A stretch of DNA of 64,000 nucleotides from Mobula birostris (taxonomy: Eukaryota): positions 28,392,782 through 28,456,781 of the forward strand of contig NC_092377.1 in assembly GCF_030028105.1 (NCBI RefSeq), given 5' to 3'. The notes under the pieces are model-generated. The model ran no database searches. It was not told where the DNA came from and saw only the letters and a program-made list of their open reading frames with translations. Positions within the stretch are counted from its first letter, which is position 1. Every line of letters starts with the position of its first letter. Positions 24,141 through 36,945 of the stretch are shown here, piece by piece. Made by a program: the position numbers and the translations under genes.

Positions 24141-24454
24141 GCATGACAAATATTGATGCAAGCTCCTTTCTTTTGATTGCCCCATCTGTGTGCAGCCTAT
24201 TTCGTGTGAGTCCAAACATTATTGACAATTAATCTTGCACCATCAATTTTTATGGAAAGGTTGTTTTGACAGTAAAGAGCCAGAGCCTATCAGTTCCTTG
24301 AAAAGTTCTTACTCTGTGAAATTCCACCCACAGTCATTTTGCAGAGGGTGTGAAGAGATAGCAAACAATGTACATTGTGACCTTGTGTTAGCCGAGTTTA
24401 TGAAAAAATAACTTCTCTCATTAAGTGTTTACCTTATTACACGTTTCTTTAAAA

Positions 24455-25760
24455 AGTGGCAGAAGGAATTCAATCCGGAAAAGTGTAAAGTGATACATTT
24501 TGGAATGTCGAACTTGAAGGCAGAGCACAGGGTTAGTAGCAGAATTCTTAACAATGTGGAGAAACAGATAATCTTGGGATCCACATTCATAGATCACTCA
24601 AAGTTGCCGCACAAGTTGATAGAGTGGTTAAGAAGTCATATAGCTTCATTTGTTGGGGGATTGAGTTCAAGAGCCGTGAGGTAATGTTGCAGCTCTATAA
24701 AACTCTGGTTAGACCACACTTGAGGTATTGCGTTCAGTTCCAGTTGCCTCATTATTGGAAGGATGTGAAAGCTTTTGGGAGGATACAGAGGAAATTTACC
24801 AGGATACTGCATGGATTAGAGAGCATGCCTTATGAGGAATGGTTGAGTGAGTGAGGACTTTCCTCTTTGGCATGTAGGAGAATGAGGGGTGACTTGTTAG
24901 AGGTGTAAAAGTTGATTAGAGGCAATGACCACCAGGATAGAAATGGTTAATACTAGAGGGCATAGTTTTAAAGCATTTGGCGGAAAGTTTAGGAGAGTGT
25001 TAGAGATATTATATTTACACAGAGAATGGTGGGTGCTGCCGGGGGTGATGGTAGAAGCAGATATACTCTATAGCCACTTTTTTAGATACACTGGTACAGC
25101 TGCTCATTAATGCAAATATCTAATCAGCCATTCAGGTGGTAGCAACTCAGTACATGAAAGCATGCTGGCTTGGTCAAGAACTTCAGTTATTGTTCACACC
25201 ATATCATCAGAATGGGGAAGAAATGTGTCCTGAGTGACTTCAACTATGGAATGATTGTTGGGGCCAGATAAGATGATTTGAGTATCTCAAAAACTGCTGA
25301 CCTCCTGGGATTTTCACACACAACAGCGTCTGGAGTTTATAGGGGATGGTGCGAAAAACAAAAAATCCAGTGAGCAGTAGTTCTGGGGGTGAAAATGCCT
25401 TGTTAATGAGAGAGGTCAGAAGTGAGCAGCCTGGCTGGTTCCAGCTGACAGTAAGGCGACAGTAACTCAAATAACACAGTGGTGTGCAGAAGAACATCTT
25501 TGAACGCACAACACGAACTGTTTCTCTCTGGGCTAAAGGAGCAGAGGACCATGCACGTACACTCAGTGGCCACTGTATTCAGTACAGGAGGCTGGTACAA
25601 TCAGAATGTTTAAAGTACATTTGGAACAGTACGTGGATCAGAAACGGTTAGAGGGATATGAGTCAAATGGGGGCAACTGGGATTAGCAGAGATGGATATA
25701 TTGGTCAACATGGACCAATTGGACTGAAGCCCCTGTTTCCTTGCAGTTTAACTCTCTGAA
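24455..25760 (+). mobile_element. CR1 3' fragment interrupted by a Tc1 derivative
   Basis: WQKEFNPEKCKVIHFG, IEFKSREVMLQLYKTLVRPHLRYCVQF, NTRGHSFK, and 3' UTR after 25600. Confidence 0.82.
25062..25598 (+). mobile_element. Tc1/mariner non-autonomous derivative (TIR + N-terminal transposase relic)
   Basis: TIR-like tatactctatagccacttttttagatacac at 25062 and tacactcagtggccactgtattcagtaca at 25558. ATG at 25212: MGKKCVLSDFNYGMIVGAR*DDLSISKTADLLGFSHTTASGVYRGWCEKQK, later RKCL-like and LVPADSKATVTQIT (paired-type HTH). Confidence 0.8.
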
Positions 25761-26019
25761 TTTCTCACTCTACATATGTATCAATGACTTAGTCAGTTTC
25801 TCACCTAAAATGCCTAATCCAATTAAGTGGAGCAGATGTTAACAATATTTGACAGTAGATCTTGGAAGTTCAGTTCCTTATTCATGACTGTCCAGAAATG
25901 AGACATGAAATGTGCATGGAATTTATGCAGAAACTTAAGGGAAGCCATTCTATGATGCACAAATATGAAAACTGCTTTCCTATGAAGTTAACTATTTTCC
26001 ACTCCATCCCAGTGTCACC

Positions 26020-26430
26020 AGTTCCGTCATCAGGGACCCCCACCGCCCAGGTCATGTTCTCTTCTCCCTGCTGCCATCAGGAAGAAGGGACAGGAGCCTC
26101 AGGACTCACACAATCAGGTACAGGAACAGTTATTAACCCTCAACCATTAGGCTCTTGAACCAAAGGGGATGACTTCACTTCGCTTGCCCATCATTGAAAT
26201 ATTCCCACAACTGATGGACTACCTTTCAAGGGCTCTTCATCTCTTGTCTTCGATAGTTATTGTTTATTTATTTATTGTTATTATTTCTTTTATTTTCATA
26301 TTTGCACAGTTTGTTGTCTTCTGCACTCTGATTGAACGCCCAAGTTGGGCAGTCTTTCATTGATTCTGTTAAGGTTATTATTCTATAGATTTACTGAGTA
26401 TGCTCCCAAGAAAATGAATCTTAGGGTTGT
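26020..26430 (+). mobile_element. Rex1/Babar-type 3' fragment
   Basis: IRDPHRPGH..SPLLPSGRR..RYRNSY.PSTIRLLN, with a tail shared with the 22260-22630 copy. Confidence 0.75.
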
Positions 26431-27774
26431 GAATTTTGGTTCATTCAAAATGTTTTCAAAAACTAAGAAAATTGAGTCATAGGTTCATACATTACAGAAA
26501 CAATTCCATCAGCCCAAGTAATCAACGTCGACTAAGTTGCCCATTCCAAGCTAATCCAATTTGCCAGTCATCACAAAATCTTCTTCTTAGGAAGTCTCCT
26601 GGGATTAAGTATGATTTAGCTAAGTAAAACAATTGTCAAGAAAATCTTCAATTAATTCCACCTAAAATGTGTTAAATGCTGACCAATAAAATTTTGAAGA
26701 GCTTTTCAAAAATTCTGTTATGTAGCTTAAAGAAGGAAATTAATATACAGTTAGCAGTGTTGAAATCTGCTTTAGACAATGCAACAATTGTATTGTTGAA
26801 TTAAGACATTCATTTACAAATCTTTCATCTAATTTATCGACCTTTCATAAAGTGTACACAGTTTATTTTGTTTCAATTGCAAGCACACAAAAAGAAATTC
26901 CTTTTAACACTGAAGAAATATGTGTTGTAACATAGTTGTGACTAACACAATCATATAAAGTTCTTTAACTCTCTTTCTCCATATTCCTAGTCAGTGTGTT
27001 TTTATTTTCTAAATTTACATGATTTGGTTTTTAGTGATGTAACCATAATTATTAATAGTCCTACATAAGCATTAAGGGACCATATTCTCTTGTCCGGTGC
27101 CTTAATGGAATTGTTAACCTATAAATAATAGATTCAAGTAGTAAATGCCCCAAGAGAACATTAATTGTAAACTCACAATTCAATCCATTAATGAATTGAA
27201 AGATAAATTATATCTGGCTACAAAGTAAACATAACATGTATAGTTGTCTCTCCAGTCACTTTAACATGCAAAAATTTACACAAGTCACGACAAACTATGC
27301 AGTTCTGCCATATGAAGTTTTATGCTCTGAATACTGATTTGTAAAACCTGCTGGTATATATTCAGTGAAGAAAATTAAAGTATTTTCACATGAAAGGCAA
27401 GCTTTTGTGTTGGAAGCTTTTCATTTTTCACTCTTCATAATGAACCATTGAAGGCACACACCCTGGAGTTATCTAGCAAAGCATGTTCTTATTTTCTTGC
27501 TAACCTTTTTCTCACTGATGCGAGGCTCCCTTCTGCTGTGAGGTGACTTCTTCCAGCAGCACAGGAAGGTGAACTAATCTTTAGTTGTTGTTTTGTCTGT
27601 GGAGGGATGAAGGGTGGAAGCAAGTAATGGTAACTCATTTAGTGTATTCAAAGCTGAGACAGGTACAGTAAGCTTTTGGGCACTGGCAAAATCAGGGGAT
27701 GAGGGAATCGAACTGCAAAGTGGTTGAGAGAGAGTAGATGTTCCTGTATCAAGTGATAGTGTAGGCTTAAGTTT

Positions 27775-28430
27775 CAAATTCGGAATCAGATTTATTATCA
27801 CCTGCATATGTCGTGAGATTTGTTAACTTTGTGGCAGTAGCACAATGCAATACCTGATAATATTTAAAAAACTGTGAATTACAGTAAGTACATATATATT
27901 AAATATTAATATATTTTCCCAGTGCTGAAATGACTAACACAAGAGGGCACAGTGTTAAGGTGATTGGAAGTAGGTACAGAGGAGATGTCAGGGATAAGTT
28001 TTTTACTCAAGGAGTGGTGAGTGTGTGGAATGGGCTGCCCGCAATGGTGGTGGAGGCAGACACGATAGGGTCTTTTAAGAGACTCCTGGATAGGTATATG
28101 GAGCTTAGAAAAATAGAGGGCTATGGGTAACCCGAAGTAATTTCTAAAGTAAGTACATGTTCGGCACAGCTTTGTGGGCCAAAGGGCCTGTATCGAGCTG
28201 TAGGTTTTATATGTTTCAAAGTAAGTAGTTCAAAAACAGAAATGTCCATTCAGAAATCAGATGGCAGAGGGAAAGAAGCTGTTCCTGAATCATTGAGTGT
28301 GTGCCTTCAGGTTCCTGTACCTACTTCCTGATGGTACCAATGAGAAGAGAGCATGTCCCAGGTGGTAGGGGTCCTTGGTGATGAACACCACCTTTTTGAG
28401 GCACTGTTCTGTGAAGATATCTTGAGTACT
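27775..28430 (-). mobile_element. Rex1/Babar-type 3' fragment with a nested + strand CR1 3' fragment (~27915-28217)
   Basis: DIFTEQCLKK..ITKDPYHLGHALFSLVPSGSRYRNLKAHTQ. Nested MTNTRGHSVKVIGSRYRGDVRDKFFTQGVVSVWNGLP. Confidence 0.8.
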
Positions 28431-28527
28431 ACTGTTTCTACTATTTCTGCTCTCACAAGTGACATATAGTACATTGTAATAGCGTGAGATGTTCAGTGGA
28501 ATGTGAGAACTGCCCATCCATAGCAGG

Positions 28528-28665
28528 AGCACAAGGAAGTCTAAAGGGGCTGGAAATCCAAAGCAACACACACAAAATGCTGAAGGAATTCAGCAAGTCA
28601 GGCAGCATCTATGGAAAAGCATAATCAGTCAACATTTTGGGCTGAGGCCCTTCTTCAAGACTGAA
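28528..28665 (-). mobile_element. PLE pLTR with degenerate hammerhead core
   Basis: Minus strand tcagtcttgaagaagggcctcagcccaaaatgttgactga followed by the shared pLTR end. Confidence 0.75.
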
Positions 28666-29624
28666 CCAAGCAGACCAGAGTAGGTTGAGTAAGTCCTTGT
28701 ATTGAGCCAAAGAAGCATACTATTCAGCAACAGCATGTAGATTTGGAGATTAGACTCCTAGATGGGGAGAACAAACATGTGCTTGATAACAGAAGAACCT
28801 AAGCTGCTAATTTTTGTTTGTGTCCCATACCCAGTGAAAAATAATTCTAGATTTATTGTTATTAGACCTCTTGGTTTACATAAAAAATGCTGTCTACTGA
28901 AATGTAGGTCTGGACCAGTGGAGAAACTCATGCATTCAAAAATCTGTAGGCTTTCATCAGAAATTGTTGATAATAAATTTTCACTGTTGGCACAACTGTG
29001 GGCTGAAAGGCCTATTCCTATATTACATTGTTCTATTTTCAAGATTCATGGGTGTAAATTACATGGTAATACTTCAGGAATGCTTCAGTAACATACTTGA
29101 ATATACAGCTGTTCATTCATCAAAAGTAATGGAATAGAAATCAAGGGCATGGGCTTAATTATACAAAAAGGAAGAAATCCACATTTGCATGGCATCTTTC
29201 ATGGAACTTTAAAACAAAGCACAACACAAGCTTGGACATATAACATAGTTGTGACATACAGCAATCAATTTGCAAATGGCAGAAGATTTTCTCAGTTTTT
29301 CAAAACAGCATGTAGGGTACAATATTTAGCATGGTAGAAATATAGAGGATAGAGGGATACAAACCATGTGCAGGCAGAAGGGATTAGTTTAGATTGCTAT
29401 CAGGTTTGATAGACCGAGCTTCCATCAAGAAGGTACAGGAGTCTCAGGACTCGCGCCACCATGTTAGGAACAGATATTACCCCTCAACCCTCCAGCTGTT
29501 GAACCAGAGGAGATAACCTTACTCAACTTCACTCACCCCATCACTGAATTGTTCCCACAACTTATGGACACACTTTTAAGGACTCTTCATCTCATGTTCT
29601 CAATACTTATTGCTTATTATTATT

Positions 29625-29925
29625 GGCGGCCCAGTAGCATAGTGGTTAGCACATTGCTTTACAGTATCAGTGACCTGTGTTCAATTCCTGCTGCAGTCTG
29701 CATGGAGATTGTAATATCTCCCCGTGACTGTGTGGATCTTGTCAAGATGCTCCAGTTTCCTCCCACAGTCCAAAGATGTACAAGTTGGTATGTTAATTGG
29801 TCATTGTAAATTTTCCCATGATTAGGCTAGGCTAGGATTAAATCGGGGATTGCTGGGTGGTGCAGCTCAAAAGGCTGGAAGGGCCTATTCGGCACTGTAT
29901 AAATACATACATAAATAAACAAATA
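29625..29925 (+). mobile_element. tRNA-derived V-SINE (HE1-like)
   Basis: A box tagcatagtgg, B box gttcaattcc, V-domain gctccagtttcctcccacagtccaaaga..ttaattggtcattgtaaatt, CR1-like tail gaagggcct, and (aaat) repeats. Confidence 0.8.
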
Positions 29926-29929
29926 CTAT

Positions 29930-31700
29930 TGTTGTTTTTTATGTTTTCTCGGCTCAAACAAGTAAATCTGAGGTTTGTGCATAGCCAAGTACACACATTT
30001 CTCAATTGCTAGAAACTTTTGGACTATTCTAGTGGTGTTTAGTATTGTGGCTTTCTGAAGATTTGCATAGATATTGCACATTACTGTGTAGTCCTAATTG
30101 TTTCATGCTCTTGTGTAGGGTCTTTTGGATGATACAGTTTTAAATATTACTAATGGGACAATGTATACCTTGGTCATGTTCCATAGTCTTTCAAATTCCT
30201 CTTTTAATTCTGTGTATTTTTGGTGGTTTCACTTATTGATTTCTGTATGTTATATATGCTTAGAATGGCTATATCTATTAAGTAAGTTGTTCTTGCTTGT
30301 TTATCCTGTAATATTATATCCGGCCAGTTATTATGGATTGTCCTATCTGTAATAATGGATCAGTTGTAGTATAATCTGTGGGACTCTGACTCTAAAACTA
30401 GATCAGGCTTGTATTTATAGTAAGATATGGTGTCTTTTATGAGTTTATATTTTAAAGCAAGATTTTGGTGAATGATCTTTGCCACTGGATTGTGCCTATG
30501 TAAATAATCAGATTGAGTTAAACTGCTGCAGGATCCTGTAGGGTGTTGGGTTGTTTCTGGCTTCTCTTTGCATTTTTTGCATTTATCATTTTGTATTTTC
30601 TGGTCCTTTATTATGTACTTTTTGTGTTAACCACCTGGCCCTGCATTGCCACAAGGAACCCATCTATTTCTGGGAAGAAGTCTCCAACTCTGAGCCAGGC
30701 ATTCGACGCTCCCTTGTCAACATCTAGTCTGTTCAGATCATGGGGGTGTCTTCCATGGAGGGTCATGCTCTTCCACTGGTTAACTTTTTCTTCCGTAGTG
30801 ATAATTCCTTCATTTTTCTGGGTTGTGCTTTCATTTAAGTTTAGTGGTGTTTGCTTCTTCTCAGAATTGCACATGCTTGTATGGAGTGCTGAATCCTGTT
30901 TTCATTGATGAAAATATATCCTTAGAAATTTTATCTGACTGTTATGTAATTTTTTTATGTCTGTTATTCCTCTTCTTCATTCTGTCCCAGGTAGCGTTAG
31001 TCTTAATGTTTTCACTGTACATAGTATTTTCTAAAATCTGTCATTTCAGTTCTTATTTTTCTTAGTAAATTTTCCAGATCTGTTTCAGACCAAGCTATTA
31101 TGTCAAAAGAATATATTCATATGGGTATAGAGAAAGCGTTCATTGCCTTTGTTATATTTTTATTATTGAGCTCTGTTTGGCAGATTTTCTAAAGCTTTGA
31201 AGTACATTCTGTTGGAAGTTTCCCTTTATCACACTATGATCTACTTTGTTTGCTTGCTGATATTTCTTATACTTACATGTTTCATATTCATCCATCAGTT
31301 ATATTGTACCTTTCTTGATGTTTAATGTTCTGCACTTATCTAGTCCAAAGTCATGTTTATATCTTTTGAAAATAGTTTTACTATTTGAATTAATTGATTT
31401 AACTTTACTGATGGAGTGTGTAATTTCAGATCATCCATGTCAAGGTATAATTCATTTGGATATTTCTGATTAGATACCCTATTTTCATCCAATTCAGTAA
31501 ATTAGAGAGCAGATTTAAGGCTAAACAAACCGTACTGGCCTTAGAGAGTCACCCTGAAAAATACCAGTTTATTTTGATAACAGTGGTTGTTCTTCTTTGG
31601 TTGTTAATAGATAGGTTGATTACAGTATGCCAAAGCTTCATCAGATGCAGGGATTTCACAAATATTTGTCGTAGTTTATATATATTAAGAGCCTCTATGT
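29930..31700 (-). mobile_element. R4/Dong-clade non-LTR retrotransposon (RT + CCHC + RLE endonuclease), 5'-truncated and degenerate
   Basis: Minus strand GIFQGDSL (~31540-31570), DMDDLK (~31430), WKSMTLHGRH..VDKGASNAWL..FLVAMQGQVVNT, GSCSSLTQSDYLHRHNPVAKIIHQ, TDRTIHNNWPDIIL..YLIDIA (RLE), and QKATILNTTRIVQK. Confidence 0.8.
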
Positions 31701-32634
31701 GTGTGAGACAAAACTAAATGCTTTATTGTTATTAATATTATTATTTTTTATTGTTCTTTTTTTTGTATTTGCACAGTATTTGTTGTCTTTTGCACTCTGG
31801 TTGTTCACCCTGTTGGGGTGGTCTTTCATACATTCTATTATGGTTATTTGCTTTATTGAGTATGTCTGCAATAAAATGAATTTTATACAATATAGAAGAT
31901 TCTCAGGGTTGTTTGTGTGGACATATATGTACTTTGATAATAAATTTAACTTTAAAGTTTGAAATTTGAGCTTGTTCCTATTGTAGCACTTGTCATTATC
32001 AAATACCTGCCTGCCTTCCTTTGTTGGGAAGGCGAACTCTTCATGGCTCCTTGTTCACATGCTGTTGCTGAATAGTATGCTTGTTTGGCTCACTACAAGT
32101 TCTTAGTTGACCTACGTAAGTGATCAATGTTCTGACCGTATATTGTGCTCCAAAGCCAGCATGACCTGTGTAAATTCCCACTTGTTAAAATGAATGCTCA
32201 GACAATTATGTGTGACCCACTGACACACATGGTGACTTTTGCTTTGTAGCTGGAGAAAATCCATCCATCATTTCATTAACGTGAGTTTACGCATTAATGT
32301 CCTCTTAGAAGATCTAGAGTTTACAATTTTAACAGAAATAGGAATCTTCTATATTGTATAAGCTAACAACATTTAATGTAAACACTGGACATGAAATTTG
32401 GTAAGATATTGATTTTATAATAATGATAGAAATTACCACATCCTAATAGCTATATCATATAGTTTAAAAAATTTAAAGTATTCTCATTCAGAATAGAATG
32501 AAAGTTAAAACACTTTATAGAACAACTTCTGATCTACCTTATTTTTCCAATCAGGGTTAAGGAATTTTCTCTTCTGTTATAAAGAATTATGTAGTAATAA
32601 ATGTTAGGCAGGCCTTGGTTAAATGTTTCCTGTT

Positions 32635-32770
32635 AAGCACTTTCAGTAATGCAGTACTCTCTCTGTGCTGCTTTGATTATGTGCTCTTGGCTTTGGACTG
32701 AGTATGTGAAGTGACAGATCTCTGATTTTAGACGTGGGAATTCTGATGCTAAACCACAACTGACACCAGT
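32635..32770 (-). mobile_element. Ancient tRNA-derived SINE head remnant (SacSINE1-like)
   Basis: Minus strand ggtgtcagttgtggtttagc..agagcacataatc..gagagagtactgcattactgaaagtgct. Very diverged. Confidence 0.4.
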
Positions 32771-34239
32771 ACTTAAATCATGTGCTTAGTTTGTTATAAA
32801 TAGAAGTGTGGTTTGAATTTTTTTGTTCTCACATGCCATGTTGATGACATTTAAAATATTCCCTCTCTAGCCTAAAATGTGTTTAATTAATGAACATTGG
32901 ATCTAGATAATAGAAATGCTGTGGATTACTAGAGTTTATTCAAGCTTACATGCTTTGAAGGATGCATTAGAACAGATATTCTGGCCATTGTCCCACAGTT
33001 AGGTTTGTCTCCAGAGTAAATTAAGGCTGCTTATGCCTTCATTTCAGCTTTCATTTAAAAAATCTGTAACCTAAGAGAGTATGGTGCATGCAGAATACGG
33101 TCATTTCCTTGTGCAGATGCTTATAAATTAAGCAGTTATAATAAAACCTGCTGTCCTAGTGTTTATGCTCACATGAGTCTCCACCTATTCTTTTAAATTC
33201 ATCTGTGTAAAAAGAAACATTTGTTTATCTGTTTATCTATTGATTGGCACGCTATAAAAGAACTCTCAGAAGTAGCTGAGCAAAGCAACCACTGGCTATG
33301 GATGAAAAGGAGTGACGGCAGCTGGGCCCTAAAATGTCCTACGTTAAGGGGGTGCACCTGGGATGACAGGTCGCACTGTTGAGCACTATGGAGACGTAGT
33401 GGGCTTAAATTGACGAAACATCTAAAAAGAGGGGTGCCCACCCGATGACCCTGGGAAGCATCTGCCACCCACCAAGCCCCACCTCAAGATCGCTATGCTA
33501 TAATCCAAGTTAGGATCTGCTAATCAAAGGGATTGAACTATCCAGTCCTATGAGCTCGAACTCGTGCACTATAGATCCTATTCATCTCATCCACTCCTGA
33601 AGGTCAGGGGTTTCTACTTATATTCCCAACTATTCAATCAAAAGGATTTGTTTGTATTTCATATTGGATTTATTGGGTGACTGCCTTGTGTTTATATCCT
33701 CCATAAATAGATTTTCTGGAAGGGCTACCTGGCCGGAATTTTTTCAAGGAAGCAGAGAGGAAATGAGGGACACCTGACAAATCTCAGTTAATGCAGGGCA
33801 CCATTTCAAATTATAAAAGCAAGAAACACTACCTGGTTACCAGTGGCTGGATGCCTTTGGGCAATCACTGGCCATCGTGTGAGGGTGAGAGAGATTAATC
33901 GTGCATCGGACATCATCTGTGGTAGTCCTGCTGCAGCAAGTGTCCGACATCAAATCAAAACTGCGGGCAGGGAGGCTAACAGTTGTAACAAGATCTAGGC
34001 AAGGGAGGGTGAATGGTTTTTCATCCATTGTCCATCTACAGCTCTTTCTTTGTCATGTTTTCTTTCGGAGGTGCCCGAGAGTTTTTTTTTACCTCAAGTA
34101 GTTGGACTCACGAATGATCAGTGCACTGAACTGGCAGCATTTTCAGGAAAGCTCACCAAACTGCGTGGCTTGACTTTAGAACTAATATTCAAAGGTAGGA
34201 AGAACAGGAGAGAAGGTGGGCAGATATTATGGATATGGA

Positions 34240-34578
34240 CTTTTCTCCTTGGAGCGACGGAGGACAAGAGGTGACCTGATAGAGGTGTATAAGATAATGA
34301 GAGGCATTGATCGTGTGGATAGTCAGAGGCTTTTTTCCCAGGGCTGAAATGGCTGTCACAAGAGGGCACAGTTTTAAGGTGCTTGGGAGTAGGTACAGAG
34401 GAGATGTCAGGGGTAAGTTTTTTTATGCAGAGAGTAGTGTCTGCGTGGAATGGGCTGCCGGCAGGGGTGGAGGAGCCAGATACGATAGGGTCTTTTAAGA
34501 GGCTCCTAGATAGGCACATGGAGCTATAGGTAACCCGAGGGCCTGTGTTGTGCTGTAGGTTTTCTATGTTCTATAGAC
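34240..34578 (+). mobile_element. CR1 3' fragment
   Basis: FFPRAEMAVTRGHSFKVLGSRYRGDVRGKFF, and tail ttctatgttcta. Confidence 0.85.
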
Positions 34579-35073
34579 TATGTGAAAGAGTTCTAGCTTA
34601 TTGTAAATTCCAGATATGAGTAGTAAACCAAGCAGAAACAGATTCTACCCTAAAACTCTACTCCCCTCACTTTTACTAAGATCGCAGGTTGCAAATTCAA
34701 ACCCAAATGACAGTTTGTGATATTTATCAAAGTATTGTTTGTCCAATTGTCATAAATGCCAGTGAGCTCGTCAGCTTCTGAGCAGGAATATGTTGGCTTG
34801 GAACGCATTCTTTCCTTCTCATTTTCAACTGCTGACAGACACAGTGACATGGCAGGCTTATGAAGATAATTCTCAGTACTGGGCATAAAAGAAATATGTT
34901 TAACTAGAGCCCACATCAAAACACATAGACAGCATTTGCCAGACTGTTATTTCAATATAAAAGGTGATGGAGAAATGTAGACTGGAGCAGAAATAAGCAA
35001 GCCTCTAAAACCAAGAACAATGTTATGGAATTATTCCATCATTGAGAAAGCAAGGGGGTTAATAATGAAGGAC

Positions 35074-36072
35074 AAACAAGGGAAAATCTGCGGATGCTGG
35101 AAATCCAAGCAACACACACAAAATGCTGGAGGAACTCAGCAGGCCAGGCAGCATCTATGGCAAAGAGTGCAGTTGATGTTTCAGGCCCAGATCCTTCAGC
35201 AGGACTGGGGGGAAAAAGATGTGGAGTAGAGTTAGAAGGTGGGGGGAGGGGAGGGAAAAACACAAGGTGATAGTTGACAATGGGAGGGAGAAGGGTGAAG
35301 TAAAGATCTGGGCAGTTGATTGGTGAAAAACTTGCAGGGCTGGAGAAGGGGGAGTCTGATAGTAGAGGGCCCAAGGCCATGGAAAAAAGATAAGGAGGAG
35401 GAGCACCAGAGGGAGGTGATAGGCAGACAAGGAGATAAAGTGAGAGAGGAAGAAGGGGATGAGAAATGGTGAGTGGGGGCGCCATTACGGGAAGATTGAG
35501 AAATTGATGTTCATGCCATCAGGTTGGAAGCTACCCAGACGGAATATAAGGTGTTGTTCCTCCAACCTGATTGTGGTCTAATCGCGAAAGTAAATAAGTA
35601 GACACGGAGGCCATGGATAGACTTATCGGATTGGGAATGGAACGTGAAATTAAAATGGGTGGCCATTGGGAGATCCCGCTTTTCTTGGCGGACGGAGTGT
35701 AGGTGCCCGGTGAAGCAGATTCCCACAGTATATGACCCCAACAGACTCACAGGTGAAGTGAAGTGGAAAAACTGTTTGGGGCACTGAATTGTAGTGAGAG
35801 AGGAGGTGCTGGGGCAGGTTTAGCACTTGTTCTGCTTGCAAGGATAAGCGCCAGGAGGGAGATTAATGGGGAAGGACAAATGGACAAGGGAGTTGCATAG
35901 GGTGTGAACCCCAGGGAAAGCCAAAAGTGCTGGTGGGAGGGGAGGATGTACTTGGTGGTTGGATCTCGCTGGGGATGGCAGAAGTTGCGGAAAATTATGT
36001 GCTGGATGTGGAGCATCAGGGGGTTGGTAGGTGAGGACAAGAGGAACCCTACCAGCATTTTGTGTGTGTTGC
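35074..36072 (-). mobile_element. 5'-truncated PLE (GIY-YIG part + pLTR) with a short inverted pLTR segment at its 5' end
   Basis: HFTCESVGVIYC, HLHSVRQEKRDLPMATHFN, hammerhead remnant ccagtcctgctgaaggatctgggcctgaaacatcaactg (minus, ~35169-35207), inverted accagcattttgtgtgtgttgc at 36051-36072, and degenerate TSD ataatgaaggac / taaatgaaagac. Confidence 0.82.
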
Positions 36073-36454
36073 TATAAATGAAAGACTGAGTTTCTGTAAA
36101 CTTGCAAATAGTTGAGAATGAGAATAAACTGAAATAATGTGTTAAAGTGTATTCAGTAACTACTTTCTAGTGGCATTAACAGGTGAATACATTTTAACCT
36201 AAAATTGCAGAAATAAAAAATAAACTCTTTGATATCGCCTGGATTTTTCCATCAGGCATAAAAACAACAACTTTCCACAGGGAAAAGCTATTTATTCAAG
36301 AAGGCAAGTGAGACTGCAGAGAGAACCTGGGAAATCTAGGTTCACTACAGTCAAGAAAAAAGTTCCTCTTTGATTGGGAGTTAACCAATTTACTAGAAAG
36401 GTACAATGCAGTAGCTGGTAAAAACAAGACAGATGTAGGTTCATGCTTCATGTT

Positions 36455-36945
36455 TTATTTGTTTGCTTGTTTCATTTCCACCATTTGCACATTGGATGTT
36501 TGTCTGTCTTGTGGTTTTTTGTGAATTCTATTGTGTTTCTTTGTTTGTGAGAGCCTAAGGACTGCCATCAACCTGGTCATGCCCCCTTCTCATTGCTGCC
36601 ATCAGGGAGGAAGTACAGGAGCCTGAAGGCACACACTCAGTGATTCAGGAATAGCTTCTTCCCCTCTGCCGTCAGATTTCTGAATGGACATTGAACCCAT
36701 CAACACAATTTCACTACTTTATTTGTACCACTTATTTAAATATTATATTATGTATATATTTACTGTAAATCAGTTTTTTTGTTATTATGTATTGCACTGT
36801 ACTACTGCTGCAAAGACAACAAATTTCATGACATTTGCTGGTATCTTAAACCTGATTCTGATTCTTTTGCAAGAAGTGAATCTCAAGGTTGTATATGGCT
36901 TACATACTTTGATAATAAATTTGAACTTTGAACGTTTGAACTTTC
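36455..36945 (+). mobile_element. Rex1/Babar-type 3' fragments (nested)
   Basis: GHAPFSLLPSGRKYRSLKAHTQ*FRNSFFPSAVRFLN, and tails ctgattctgatt and tttgaactttgaa. Confidence 0.75.

Larger units (their letters stand above)
29420..31970 (+). mobile_element. Rex1/Babar-type 3' fragment split (29420-29624 / ~31720-31970) by a V-SINE and an R4/Dong element
   Basis: The tail matches the copies at 22260-22630 and 26080-26430, is broken at gcttattattatt, and resumes at ttattatttttt..tgtatttgcacag. Confidence 0.7.

Noticed and set aside
29625-29700. tRNA gene
   Set aside because: The A/B boxes belong to a SINE head followed by a V-domain and LINE-like tail, and there is no proper cloverleaf.
33330-34230. 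GC-richer patches as a DNA transposon or exon
   Set aside because: I could not identify TIR pairs, a TSD, coding motifs or paired splice sites.
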